NCBI RefSeq assembly: GCF_006345805.1
Contig: NW_021827274.1
Location: forward strand, 1 to 10,942
DNA length: 10,942 nt
DNA from: Octopus sinensis
Lineage: Eukaryota
Direction: 5' to 3'
The position numbers were made by a program, and so were the translations under genes. Of this stretch, positions 1-7,882 are shown one piece after another (positions within the stretch are counted from its first letter, which is position 1; each line of letters begins with the position of its first letter). Below the pieces are notes generated by a model that was given only the letters and a program-made list of their open reading frames with translations, made no database searches and had not been told where the DNA came from.

Positions 1-76
1 CAGACGAAATGGTTCTATATACACATACCTATATACAATGCTTCTGTCTTCATACACATACCTATCACGTTACTAG

Positions 77-90
77 ATATATATATATAT

Positions 91-181
<91 letters not shown>

Positions 182-191
182 ACATATATAT
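77..191. repeat. (TA)n microsatellite, imperfect
   Basis: Directly visible TA run with occasional TT/AA interruptions. Confidence 0.97.
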
Positions 192-244
192 ACGTCTATT
201 ACCATTTCTCTAAAAATTGGTTACGTTTTAGCTTTGTGTTTTAC

Positions 245-500
245 ATAATCGCTTAACGAACTCATGGTTTCTTGTTCGAATCCACGCTATGGTTATTCTA
301 CGTAACCTCAGGATAACCAGTAGCATTTTTCGTGTGAAATTTTGAGAGGAAAATTGTATAGGTAACACTGTAACACCGAGTCTTTAGATTTCAACTAAAA
401 TTCATACATCACGCTTAAACAAAGTTTCCGCCAATTTATTTTCACCCTAAAGGCATCAGTTCACCCCAAAATATAATATAAAGACATGCACAGACTTCAT
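245..500. mobile_element. Highly decayed SINE family B fragments (head-like piece at ~250-295 on +, body-like piece at ~425-495 on -)
   Basis: catggtttcttgttcgaatccacgctatgg resembles the head at 3438 (catggttccgggctcaattccactgtgg). tttccgcca...aaggcatcagttcacccc...tataatataaagaca resembles 9770-9827. Similarity is weak and boundaries approximate. Confidence 0.3.
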
Positions 501-588
501 GAATGGTAAACGAACTACTTTATCACTGGGACATGTCTACGTCCAAATGTTAACTCCAGTACTTGATTCCATGCTATATTGTATGCGT

Positions 589-662
589 TATATATATATA
601 TACACCACTATATATATATCTATATTTATATATATATATATATATAATATATCCTCATATAT

Positions 663-693
<31 letters not shown>
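589..693. repeat. (TA)n microsatellite, imperfect
   Basis: Directly visible. Confidence 0.95.
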
Positions 694-707
694 GTATAAT
701 TATTTAA

Positions 708-761
708 ATTAGAGATAAAACCACTATTCCAATCAAACATGAAAAACATAAGCAATCCGTA
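708..761 (-). mobile_element. Diverged copy of the arm of the hammerhead-bearing element at 5246-5633 (probable PLE terminal-repeat fragment)
   Basis: attagagataaaaccactatt...aatcaaaca.gaaa aligns with attagagacaaaaccactatt...aatcaaacaaagaaa at 5246-5286. It lies between TA tracts. Confidence 0.7.
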
Positions 762-814
762 AATTAATTAATTTATTATTATTTTAAGATATATCAACAG
801 TATTAAAAGTTTTA

Positions 815-817
<3 letters not shown>

Positions 818-847
<30 letters not shown>
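818..847. repeat. (TA)n microsatellite
   Basis: Directly visible. Confidence 0.95.
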
Positions 848-849
<2 letters not shown>

Positions 850-904
850 GCATACAATACCCTCTTTTCCGTTTTTGTTCCATTTATAGATATATATATA
901 TTTC

Positions 905-1000
905 AAGTTTAGAGAAAACAAAAGACGATGACAGGTGAGGGAACAACCAGTGGGTGTATCAGTTTGCTCTCCGAGCTAACAAAAGAATATAATTTACTTT
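905..1000 (-). mobile_element. Diverged relative of the 7305-7513 repeat (probable PLE terminal-repeat fragment)
   Basis: acaaaagacgatgacaggtg...tgtatcagtttgctctc matches acaaaagacgaaggcaggtg...tgtattagtatggcgctc at 7328-7381. It starts next to a TA tract. Confidence 0.55.
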
Positions 1001-1089
1001 CCTACCAAAGCTTGAGACAACAAAGTAATATACGCCCTATGTGTTACATCCTCTGTGTATACATAAATGTATACACACACACACGCATG

Positions 1090-1141
1090 CATACATACAT
1101 ACATACATACATACATACATACATACATACATACATACATA
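1090..1141. repeat. (CATA)n microsatellite
   Basis: Perfect tetranucleotide run, which produces the HTYI repeat in ORF 928..1164. Confidence 0.97.
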
Positions 1142-1434
1142 AATGTGTGTGCATGTGTGTGTAAACCATAAAATGTCAGGAGGTATGAGAGGTGAATATA
1201 GTTATTAAAGCACTTGTCATCCTTAGGGTTACGGCTGTTTCGCAGCCTTCAAAATGTAATAATAATTTCTTTGAATAATGAATTATGTTTACATGTCTGC
1301 ACCTCTATGCATGTTAAGCATTATTCAACACAACTCTACATTGACAAATCAAGGCAGAAACTCACACGATACTATGAGTCCATATATTACTCTACAAATA
1401 TATATATTTATGTAATGTTTGCTTTTATATCTAA

Positions 1435-1738
1435 CTAGCACTATGACCCGGCAATGCCAGGTCATAGTGCTAGTGCATGCATATACACCTGCATGCGTGC
1501 GCACATACACGCGAATATTGTCCAAATCTCCGACCAATCACATACAGCTAGCTGGCATTCAATTGGCGTATCAAGTTTCGGGCATTTTGATAGGGTTTTG
1601 GATAGAAAATTCCCAAAAAGTCACGACCACCCTTGGATGGTTTTGAAGGACCATAGAAAGTGCGAGCTCTCTAACTGAAAAAATGTGGATTTGTATAAAG
1701 GACACACACAGACATTTTGCCGTTTATATAGAGAGAGA
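1435..1738 (-). mobile_element. Non-autonomous Helitron (~304 bp)
   Basis: On the minus strand it begins TCTCTCTCTATATAAA (1738) after a host A, and ends with a hairpin and CTAG (1438-1435) before a host T. There is no TSD. These are the canonical Helitron 5'-TC / hairpin-CTRR-3' ends in an AT target. Confidence 0.85.
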
Positions 1739-1799
1739 TTATACATAAATTCAATTGAACGTTAAGCCAAAGAATTACTAAATAATTTTTAGAAGAATT

Positions 1800-2540
1800 C
1801 ACGTTTATTAGAATTTTATGAGAAGATGGCGACAGTAACTTCGAAGTTTTGGCCTGTTAGCCTTCGTCGGACTGTGTTACACTTGGGTTTCTTTTGGCTT
1901 TATATAATCTTTGGCAAGTTGATTTTCTATGGTAGGTGGAGCTATGTGAAATGACAATTAGGCTTGATGTATGTAGGTGTGAGAAGTATATGTACAGGAA
2001 GGAGGGTAGAAGAAGAGAGGAGGAAAGTATGTTTGTAGGGTGTGTGTTGATTGAATGTTCTTGCTGGAAAAGTTTGTTCGGTTTGTGGTAGGAATTGTGT
2101 TTTTGCGTTGAGCTCAGCCAAGCGTAGTGTCCAATTTAGGTGTGCGAGATTCAGGTCAGAAGATTCTATGTATAGACAGTTATATTGTGTTATGCTTCAT
2201 GCTTGAGAAAAGAACGCTTCCATAATAATTAATCGGTTTCCCAGCATTATTCCAATTGAGGTCGGATTGTGGATGGTATTATGTGATTTCTATTGAGAAA
2301 TATTTAGCTGTTTGATTTGAGAAGTTAAGAATTGGAAGATTAAGTAACTAAACGTATTTATTGGGGTTTTCTAGTTATTTCCTCGTAGAAACTTAGTTTC
2401 TGACACTGTAAAGCATCTACGCCCACCTCTGTCACGGATCTTAGGTGTCCTTCGACTGTTTTCGAAATACTACATTTAGTGAGGTTTGAACCTTAAACCT
2501 ACGGGAGATCTTATTTCTCTAGACTGTGGTGTATACCACT
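1800..2540 (-). mobile_element. Decayed Penelope-like element 3' region: GIY-YIG-like remnant, low-complexity spacer, hammerhead-like motif and AATAAA
   Basis: Minus-strand translation, with frameshifts and stops, gives in order LNVVFR, GVDALQCQKLSFYEEITRKPQ*IRL, DLNWNNAG and LIIMEAFF. This is the order expected for PLE GIY-YIG motifs, though each match is weak. A hammerhead-like motif (1875-1832) and AATAAA (1809-1804) follow. Confidence 0.45.
1832..1875 (-). ncRNA. Variant/decayed minimal type I hammerhead-like motif
   Basis: ACAGU-CCGACGA-A-GGCU(AACA)GGCC-AAAA-CUUCGAAG-UU-ACUGU. Helices I and II pair and helix III is a palindrome. The core deviates at U4C and G12A. Confidence 0.65.
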
Positions 2541-2611
2541 CGGCTGCGAAGACCACCGAAATAACTTACATTGCAGACCTATTTCCATCTGAGTTTCTTT
2601 CCTATTAATCT

Positions 2612-3365
2612 TTATTTAGCGGCTTGCAGAATTGTTCTACTGCTGCATCTATCGTTTCTGTTTGCCCATAACCACTTTGAGCGCTCCTCAGTTATTTCTG
2701 ACAGCGTGTTTCATCGTCGCTGTTCTTTTACGACTTTCCATTCCGAGCCGAACTATTACGTGGTAAATGGAGGCTGCGACAAAAAACCCTAGTGAGCCAA
2801 CTTCTACAGCCAGTAATGTATAACGGGGCCCGTCTTTTGTCAGTTCTTTCTCAATGTCAAGGTGGCGAGCTGGCAGAAACGTTAGCACGCCGGGCGAAAT
2901 GCTTCGCGGTATTTCGTCTGTCGTTACGTTCTGAGTTCAAATTCCGCCGAGGTCGACTTTGCCTTTCATCCTTTCGGGGTCGATTAAATAAGTACCAGTT
3001 GCGCACTGGGGTCGATATAATCGACTTAATACGTTTGTCTGTCCTTGTTTATCCCGTCTGTATGTAGCCCCTTGTGGGTAGTAAAGAAATAGGTATTTCG
3101 TCTGCCGCTACGTTCTGAGTTCAAATTCCGCCGAGGTCGACTTTGCCTTTCATCCTTTCGGAGTCAATAAATTAAGTACCAGTTAAGTACTGGGGTCCTT
3201 GTGGCTTATAGTAGAAAAGTTCTTTCTCAATGTCATCAGATCTCCACATATTGTATTGGGGTTGTTCATTCTTATTCTCGGCTCTCATGAGGAACTTACT
3301 GCTCGACTAAGATGATTCTTGAATCTGATTTCGACCATTGGGCACTATGTGGTCCTTGTTCTTTC
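2612..3365 (-). pseudogene. Decayed C-terminal restriction-like endonuclease region of an RLE-type non-LTR retrotransposon (HERO-like), split by a SINE
   Basis: With the SINE removed, minus-strand translation reads WSKSDSRIILVEQ*VPHESR...DDIEKELTKDGPRYTLLAVEVGSLGF...RLGMESRKRTATMK...SEITEERSKWLWANRND. This matches the HERO-type pattern WS....ILxELTVPxE...VEVGxRGF...LG...ExxExxSxWLW. It contains frameshifts and stops. Confidence 0.75.
2861..3217 (+). mobile_element. tRNA-derived SINE family A with a partial internal 184-bp duplication
   Basis: Head ggtggcgagctggcagaa, B-box-like gagttcaaattcc, and a central cctttcatcctttcggggtcgat..aa.aagtacc resembling the Nin/Deu SINE domain. Exact 18-bp TSD agttctttctcaatgtca at 2842-2859 and 3218-3235. 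Homologous to 4615-4845 and 5713-6294. Confidence 0.92.
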
Positions 3366-3423
3366 ATCAGCATGAGTAAAGGATCGGAAGTATTGCCTCT
3401 CCTTCTGACGAAAAAAAAATTAA

Positions 3424-3815
3424 TTAGCTTCTCAGTTACATGGTTCCGGGCTCAATTCCACTGTGGGCAAGTGCCTTGGGCAAGAGCCTCGAGCCGACTA
3501 AAGCCTTATGAGTGGACATGGTAGATGGAAACTGAAAGAAGCCCGTCATATATACATATATGTGGGGGGTGTTTGTGGGGGGTGTAGGAGGTGTCTTTAT
3601 ATCGTAAACACACCACGACCGCTGGACAACCGGTATTGGTGCGCTTACATCCTTGTGACTTAGAGATTCGGCAAACGAGACAGATAGATTGAGCGCCAGG
3701 TTTTTTTTTTTTTTAATGAAAAACAGGTACCGAGATCGATATGTTCGACTAAAGTTCTTCAAAGCGGTGCCCCAGCATGGCCGCAGTCTGATGACAGAAA
3801 CAAGTGAAAGGCAAA

Positions 3816-3846
<31 letters not shown>
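3424..3846 (+). mobile_element. SINE family B, 5'-truncated, with (AAAT)n tail
   Basis: Homologous to 7620-7848, 9490-9913 (-) and 10666-10942 through shared tgagtgga...tagatggaaactgaa, gacaaccgg and cagcatggccgcagtct. (AAAT)n tail at 3813-3846. Confidence 0.88.
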
Positions 3847-4032
3847 GGCCTTCGTCGGATTCGAGAAAGACGTCTATTTATACTGCTACACCTGTATCTG
3901 ATTACATATGACAGTGATGGTTAATTTACTTTACTGCTTATCGTTAGATATGAATAACTTCACATTTCAGATTATATAACACATCTCGTTTAATGCGTCA
4001 TTATTTAAATAATTAATTGATTGAGTGACTGG

Positions 4033-4118
4033 TTAATTAATTAGTGGAGATGTCAGATTTTCTCTGTCACGTGTCGTTAGTCTCTTCTGAACAATAACAG
4101 CAATGTTGAAGATTGGCC
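4033..4118 (-). CDS. Candidate terminal coding exon of an unidentified host gene: (G)PIFNIAVIVQKRLTTRDRENLTSPLIN*
   Basis: Good acceptor tatttattttccag| ending at 4119. The phase-1 frame is open for 27 codons to TAA (4035-4033). It lies in non-repetitive sequence and is phase-compatible with the exon at 7970-7883. No homology recognised. Confidence 0.45.
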
Positions 4119-4335
4119 CTGGAAAATAAATATGGAGGAATATGACAGGCGAAAAATCGTGTATCCCCTAATATCAATAATATAAATCTGTTAGAATTTC
4201 CTTGGACACGCCGATAAGCAATGCTATGTCATTAACAGGTACGAACCAGTGAATTACTGGTACTTTACACGAGTACAATTTTCAGATTCTTAACCTCTTC
4301 CTTAAAGATGAAACGTTTCTTTTTGTTTTAATATT

Positions 4336-4381
4336 TACCTATCACATTTCGATCGGTTTGGTTTCCGATCGTATTCAGGTA
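4336..4381 (-). ncRNA. Decayed hammerhead-like motif
   Basis: UAC-CUGAAUA-C-GAUCGG(AAACCAAA)CCGAUC-GAAA-UGUGA-UA-GGUA. A perfect 6-bp helix II sits between CUGA and GAAA. G8 is replaced by U and helices I and III are short. ATTAAA lies just downstream. Confidence 0.5.
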
Positions 4382-4489
4382 TCTTATTCTTGGGAGTAGA
4401 TTCCAACTAGGACCCTTCATGTTAAAACTAAAGAAAGAAACATATTTATTTTCTATACAAAGGTTCCTCAACCTCCTGACTTCAAACCA

Positions 4490-4960
4490 TTACCGGAACG
4501 CATAGAAACAATAAATGAGTTGCGACATCACTGGCGCCCAGCTGTATCGGTCATTGCCTTTCCCTTGGACAACATCGGTAGCGAAGAGAAGGGGAACTGG
4601 TATATATGAGTGACGGCGGGAAACTGGCAGAAACGTTAGCACGCCGGGCGAAATACTTAGCGGTATTTCGTCTGCCGCTACATTCTGAGTTCAACTTCCG
4701 CCGAGGTCGACTTTACCTTTCATCCTTTCGGGGTCGATAAATCAAGTACCAGTTACGCACTGGGGTCGATGTAATCGACTTAATCCGTTTGTCTGTCCTT
4801 GTTTGTCCTCTCTGTGTTTAGCCCCTTATGGGTAGTAAAGAAATAGGTATATATGAGTGACCGCTGGCCTTTCACAAAAAAACCTTGTTCAGACTTGTGC
4901 CACGGAGGGGAACTTTCTTGCGGCAATCCCGTGGTATTCGTGACCGAAATTGGTCTTCAT
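4490..4960 (+). mobile_element. GC-richer dispersed-repeat body (probable older SINE 3' portion) interrupted by a family A SINE
   Basis: Composition shifts from the AT-rich flanks, and the sequence is continuous across the 16-bp TSD of the inserted SINE. It resembles an octopus repeat from recall only. There is no second copy in the window and the ends are approximate. Confidence 0.45.
4615..4845 (+). mobile_element. tRNA-derived SINE family A, monomeric
   Basis: Aligns along its length with 2861-3090. Exact 16-bp TSD ggtatatatgagtgac at 4599-4614 and 4846-4861. Confidence 0.93.
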
Positions 4961-4988
4961 TCTTTTATATGTAATATATTCATATATA

Positions 4989-5197
4989 CGAATGGGTGCT
5001 GAAAAGTTCCTAGCTTTAAGGGCATCGCGAAAGGCCTGGTTTGAGGTCCAACCTTCCGAGTTCTTTTGCAGGACTTAGAAAAACTGAAGAACCGCTGCAT
5101 TAAGTGTGTGAATCTGAGAGGGGAAGATGTTGAATAAAATCACGATCCTCCAGCGTTTTCTTTTACCCAGAGTCAGAAACCTTTGTGCACCTCCTCG
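4989..5197 (+). mobile_element. Mariner-derived MITE retaining the transposase C-terminus
   Basis: Imperfect TIRs cgaatgggtgctgaaaagttcctagct / agtcagaaacctttgtgcacctcctcg, with TA on the left and TG on the right. The internal frameshifted peptide AWFEVQPSEFF / LEKLKNRCIKCVNLRGEDVE* matches the mariner end WF..QP..FF..GI.KL..RW.KCV...G.YVE. Confidence 0.88.
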
Positions 5198-5245
5198 TGT
5201 ATGCAATATTTGTAATATATATACATATGTGTTTTATATATATAT

Positions 5246-5633
5246 ATTAGAGACAAAACCACTATTATGCAAATCAAACAAAGAAAGACTTAAGCCAATA
5301 CATATTTAATAATAGAGTTTATTATAAGTAAATTTTTATTTAGATTATATAGATATTTATATCGTAAAAATATTGATTATATTTTATATTTTAGGTTTTG
5401 AAACCACCTGAAGAATGTTAAGATGTGCTGACACGAAACGATCGTAGTGGTTATTCATATGTTAAATTTTAATTTATATAAATTATTTTATGTATTGGCT
5501 TAAGTCTTTCTTTGTTTGATTTGCATACTAGTGGTTTTGTCTCTAATTTGATATAATATAATATTTTACTATAAAATTGGATTCAATCTTAAATCTGATT
5601 TTTCCTTGTAAATTTGGATTTATTCCCTAATAT
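5246..5633 (+). mobile_element. Probable Penelope-like pseudo-LTR fragment with an inverted segment and a hammerhead, embedded in TA repeats
   Basis: 59-bp inverted repeat (5246-5304 vs 5489-5547, 58/59 identical) around a 184-bp spacer containing the hammerhead. Flanked by TA/TTA tracts. Related arm at 708-761. Confidence 0.72.
5402..5452 (+). ncRNA. Minimal type I hammerhead ribozyme
   Basis: Helix I AACCAC (5402-5407) / GUGGUU (5447-5452). Core CUGAAGA (5408-5414). Helix II UGUUA/UGACA with 8-nt loop. GAAA (5435-5438). Palindromic helix III ACGAUCGU. GUA triplet with predicted cut after 5446. Only deviation: A.C instead of G-C at 10.1-11.1. Confidence 0.88.

Positions 5634-5712
<79 letters not shown>
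5634..5712. repeat. (TTA)n + (TA)n compound microsatellite
   Basis: Directly visible. Confidence 0.96.
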
Positions 5713-5715
<3 letters not shown>

Positions 5716-6294
5716 TTTTCTACTCTAGGCACAAGGCCCGAAATTTCTGGAGAGGGGGCCAGTCGATTAGAACGACTCCAGTACGCAACTGGTACTGAAT
5801 TTATCAGCCATGAAAGGATGACAGGCAAAATCGACCTCGGCGAAATTTGAACTCAGAACGTACAGACGGACGAAATACCTATTTCTTTACTACCTACAAG
5901 GGGAAAATCACAGAGGGGACAAACGAAGACAGACAAACGGATTAAGTCAATTATATCGAGCCCGGTGCATAACTCGTACTTATTTAATCGACCCCGAAAG
6001 GATGAAAGGCAAGTCGACCTTGGTGGAATTTGAACTCAGAACGTAACGGCAGACGAAATACCTACTTCTTTACAACCCACAAGGGGCTAAACACAGAGGG
6101 GACAAACGAGGACAGACAAACGGATTAAGTCAATTATATCGAGCCCAGTGCATAACTGGTACTTATTTAATCGACCCCGAAAGGATGAAAGGCAAAGTCG
6201 ACCTTGGCGGAATTTGAACTCAGAACAGTAACGGCAGACGAAATACTGCTAAGCATTTCGCCCGGCGTGCTAACATTTCTGCCAGCTCGCCGCC
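5713..6294 (-). mobile_element. tRNA-derived SINE family A with three tandem body units (~184 bp period)
   Basis: Reverse complement of the 2861 head at 6294-6245. cgaaatac recurs at 5871, 6054 and 6239. The last unit is more diverged and has a different 3' end (tttcgggccttgtgcctagagtagaaaag on minus). Confidence 0.93.
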
Positions 6295-6555
6295 TCAGGA
6301 TATAAAATAATATACAGGGAGCTGCAAAACTAGGTCTACAGTAAGTATTACATCAACGTTATAATACTTAATTCATTAAAATTATTAGCGCACTAAATTA
6401 GTGAGCCTCATTTTTGATAATTTCAGTGTCATTAATCATAATAATACATTTATCAAAACTATAATAAAACTTTAATCGTAACTTTTAATTTCTTTTGATA
6501 ATAAGAAATGAGCATTGTACGTGTTTTCTTTTTTCATAACCGTATAGAGTAATCT

Positions 6556-6933
6556 GAGTTGGAGGCGCAATGGTCCAGTGGTTAGGGCAGCGGACTCGCG
6601 GTTTCGATTCCCAGACCGGGCGTTGTGAGTGTTTATTGAGCGAAAACACCTAAAAGTTCCACGAGGCTCCGGGAGGGGATGGTGGTGATCCCTGCTGTAC
6701 TCTTTCACCACAACTTTCTCCCACTCTTACTTCCTGTTTCTGTTGTACCTGTATTTCAAGGGGCCGGCCTTGTCACTCTCTGTGTCACGCTGAATATCCC
6801 CGAGAACTACGTTAAGGGTGCACGTGTCTGTGGAGTGCTCAGCCACTTACACGTTAATTTAACGAGCAGGCTGTTCCGTTGATTCGGATCAACCGGAACC
6901 CTCATCGTCGTAACCGACGGAGTGCTTCCATCC
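6556..6933 (+). mobile_element. tRNA-derived SINE family C (resembles the octopus OK family, from recall)
   Basis: A box tggtccagtgg (6571-6581), B-box-like ggtttcgattcc (6600-6611), short (tcca) tail. Exact 12-bp TSD atagagtaatct at 6544-6555 and 6934-6945. The A-B spacing is too short for a full tRNA, which suggests a deletion. Confidence 0.9.
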
Positions 6934-6936
6934 ATA

Positions 6937-7122
6937 GAGTAATCTCTACCCATATCGCGGTTCACCTATCGCGGTTTATTATTTAAGCTTACGTCGATTC
7001 CTCCTTGGTGTTGTTTTACATTTGTAATAATATACAGTACAGTACTGTTTCTACTTCGCGGATTTTCACCAATCGCGGAGTGGTTTTGGAACGTAACGTT
7101 CACGATAGTCGAGAGATTACTG
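6937..7122. mobile_element. pogo/Tigger-like MITE
   Basis: Left TA-gagtaatctctaccatatcgcg versus the reverse complement of the right end TA-cagtaatctctcgactatcgtg. TA at both ends (6935-6936, 7123-7124). Internal repeated tcgcgg...ttcacc.atcgcgg. Confidence 0.8.
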
Positions 7123-7242
7123 TACCTACTTTTGCACCCCCTGTATTACGTAAAAAGAAGAAACGGGTGTATTGAATAGATCTGAGAGGGGTTAGTTCAC
7201 AGAAGCAGAGGGAATTGTAGAAAGACAAAGTAAAGGAGTTTA

Positions 7243-7262
7243 TGTGTGTGTGTGTGTGTGTG

Positions 7263-7304
<42 letters not shown>
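7243..7304. repeat. (TG)n + (TA)n microsatellite
   Basis: Directly visible. Confidence 0.96.
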
Positions 7305-7308
<4 letters not shown>

Positions 7309-7513
7309 GGAACTTTATGAAAATAGACAAAAGACGAAGGCAGGTGGAATACAAACAAACAATTGTATTAGTATGGCGCTCAGGAATATAAATAAAACAA
7401 GTCTTTTACGTTTCGAGCCTACGCTCTTCACAGAAAAGATACACAGAAAAGAAACACAGAAAGAACAAGGAGGAGAAAAAAATGCGTGCAGAGATTAGCG
7501 AATCAACATGGCG
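7305..7513 (-). mobile_element. Probable PLE terminal-repeat fragment between TA tracts, carrying a hammerhead-like motif
   Basis: Bounded on both sides by (TA)n. Homologous to 918-971. Contains the motif at 7402-7439. Confidence 0.6.
7402..7439 (-). ncRNA. Ultra-minimal atypical hammerhead-like motif
   Basis: UCUUU-U-CUGUGAA-GAGC(GUAG)GCUC-GAAACGUA-AAAGA. Helices I and II pair. Helix III is the loopless palindrome ACGU. The CUGANGA box is non-canonical. Confidence 0.5.
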
Positions 7514-7532
7514 ATATAGATATATATATATA

Positions 7533-7581
<49 letters not shown>

Positions 7582-7848
7582 TGTGTGTGTATCTTTTGTG
7601 CGTGTGTATCGCTTTGTATGTGTCTGTCCCCCGCCACCTCCTTGACAACCGATAACCGGTGTTGGTATCTTTACGTCCCTGTAATATAACAGTTTGGCAT
7701 AAGGGACTGATGGAATAAGTATCAGGTTTACCAATTTTAATGATAAATTGTGGTTGATTCATTCAACTAAAATTCTTCAAAGCAGTACTACAGCATGGCC
7801 GTAGTCTAATGACTGAAGCAAGTAAAAGTTAAAACAGAAAAGATAAAA
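7514..7848 (+). mobile_element. SINE family B 3' half preceded by its (TA)n/(TG)n tract
   Basis: cttgacaaccga...ggtgttggt...tttacgtccctgta and aaattcttcaaagcagtactacagcatggccgtagtctaatgactgaa match 3620-3810. (TG)n at 7536-7590. Confidence 0.85.
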
Positions 7849-7882
7849 TTCAACTGCAGAGTACAAGCTGAAAGAGTTTTAC

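Noticed and set aside
1222-1242. Half hammerhead CGAAACAGCCGUA on the minus strand
   Set aside because: No CUGANGA box or helix I partner found nearby. At most a truncated remnant.
2472-2553. tRNA-Leu/Ser-like sequence on minus (gccgagtggt...ggttcaaacc, ~82 nt) just past the RLE element
   Set aside because: Acceptor and D stems do not pair, and the same bases read plausibly as PLE coding remnant (HHSLEK...LNVVFR). tRNAscan-SE pseudogene mode would settle it.
3788-3806. CTGATGA...GAAAC as a hammerhead
   Set aside because: No helix II or helix I. It is a variant of the SINE B tail (ctaatgactgaa at 7806).
5084-5090. CTGAAGA box
   Set aside because: Lies in the mariner transposase remnant with no supporting helices or GAAA.
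5713-6294. CRISPR array or satellite
   Set aside because: Units are contiguous ~184-bp SINE bodies with no unique spacers, in a eukaryotic context with no cas genes.
6561-6620. Functional tRNA gene
   Set aside because: The anticodon arm is incomplete, and it is followed by a SINE body and flanked by a TSD.
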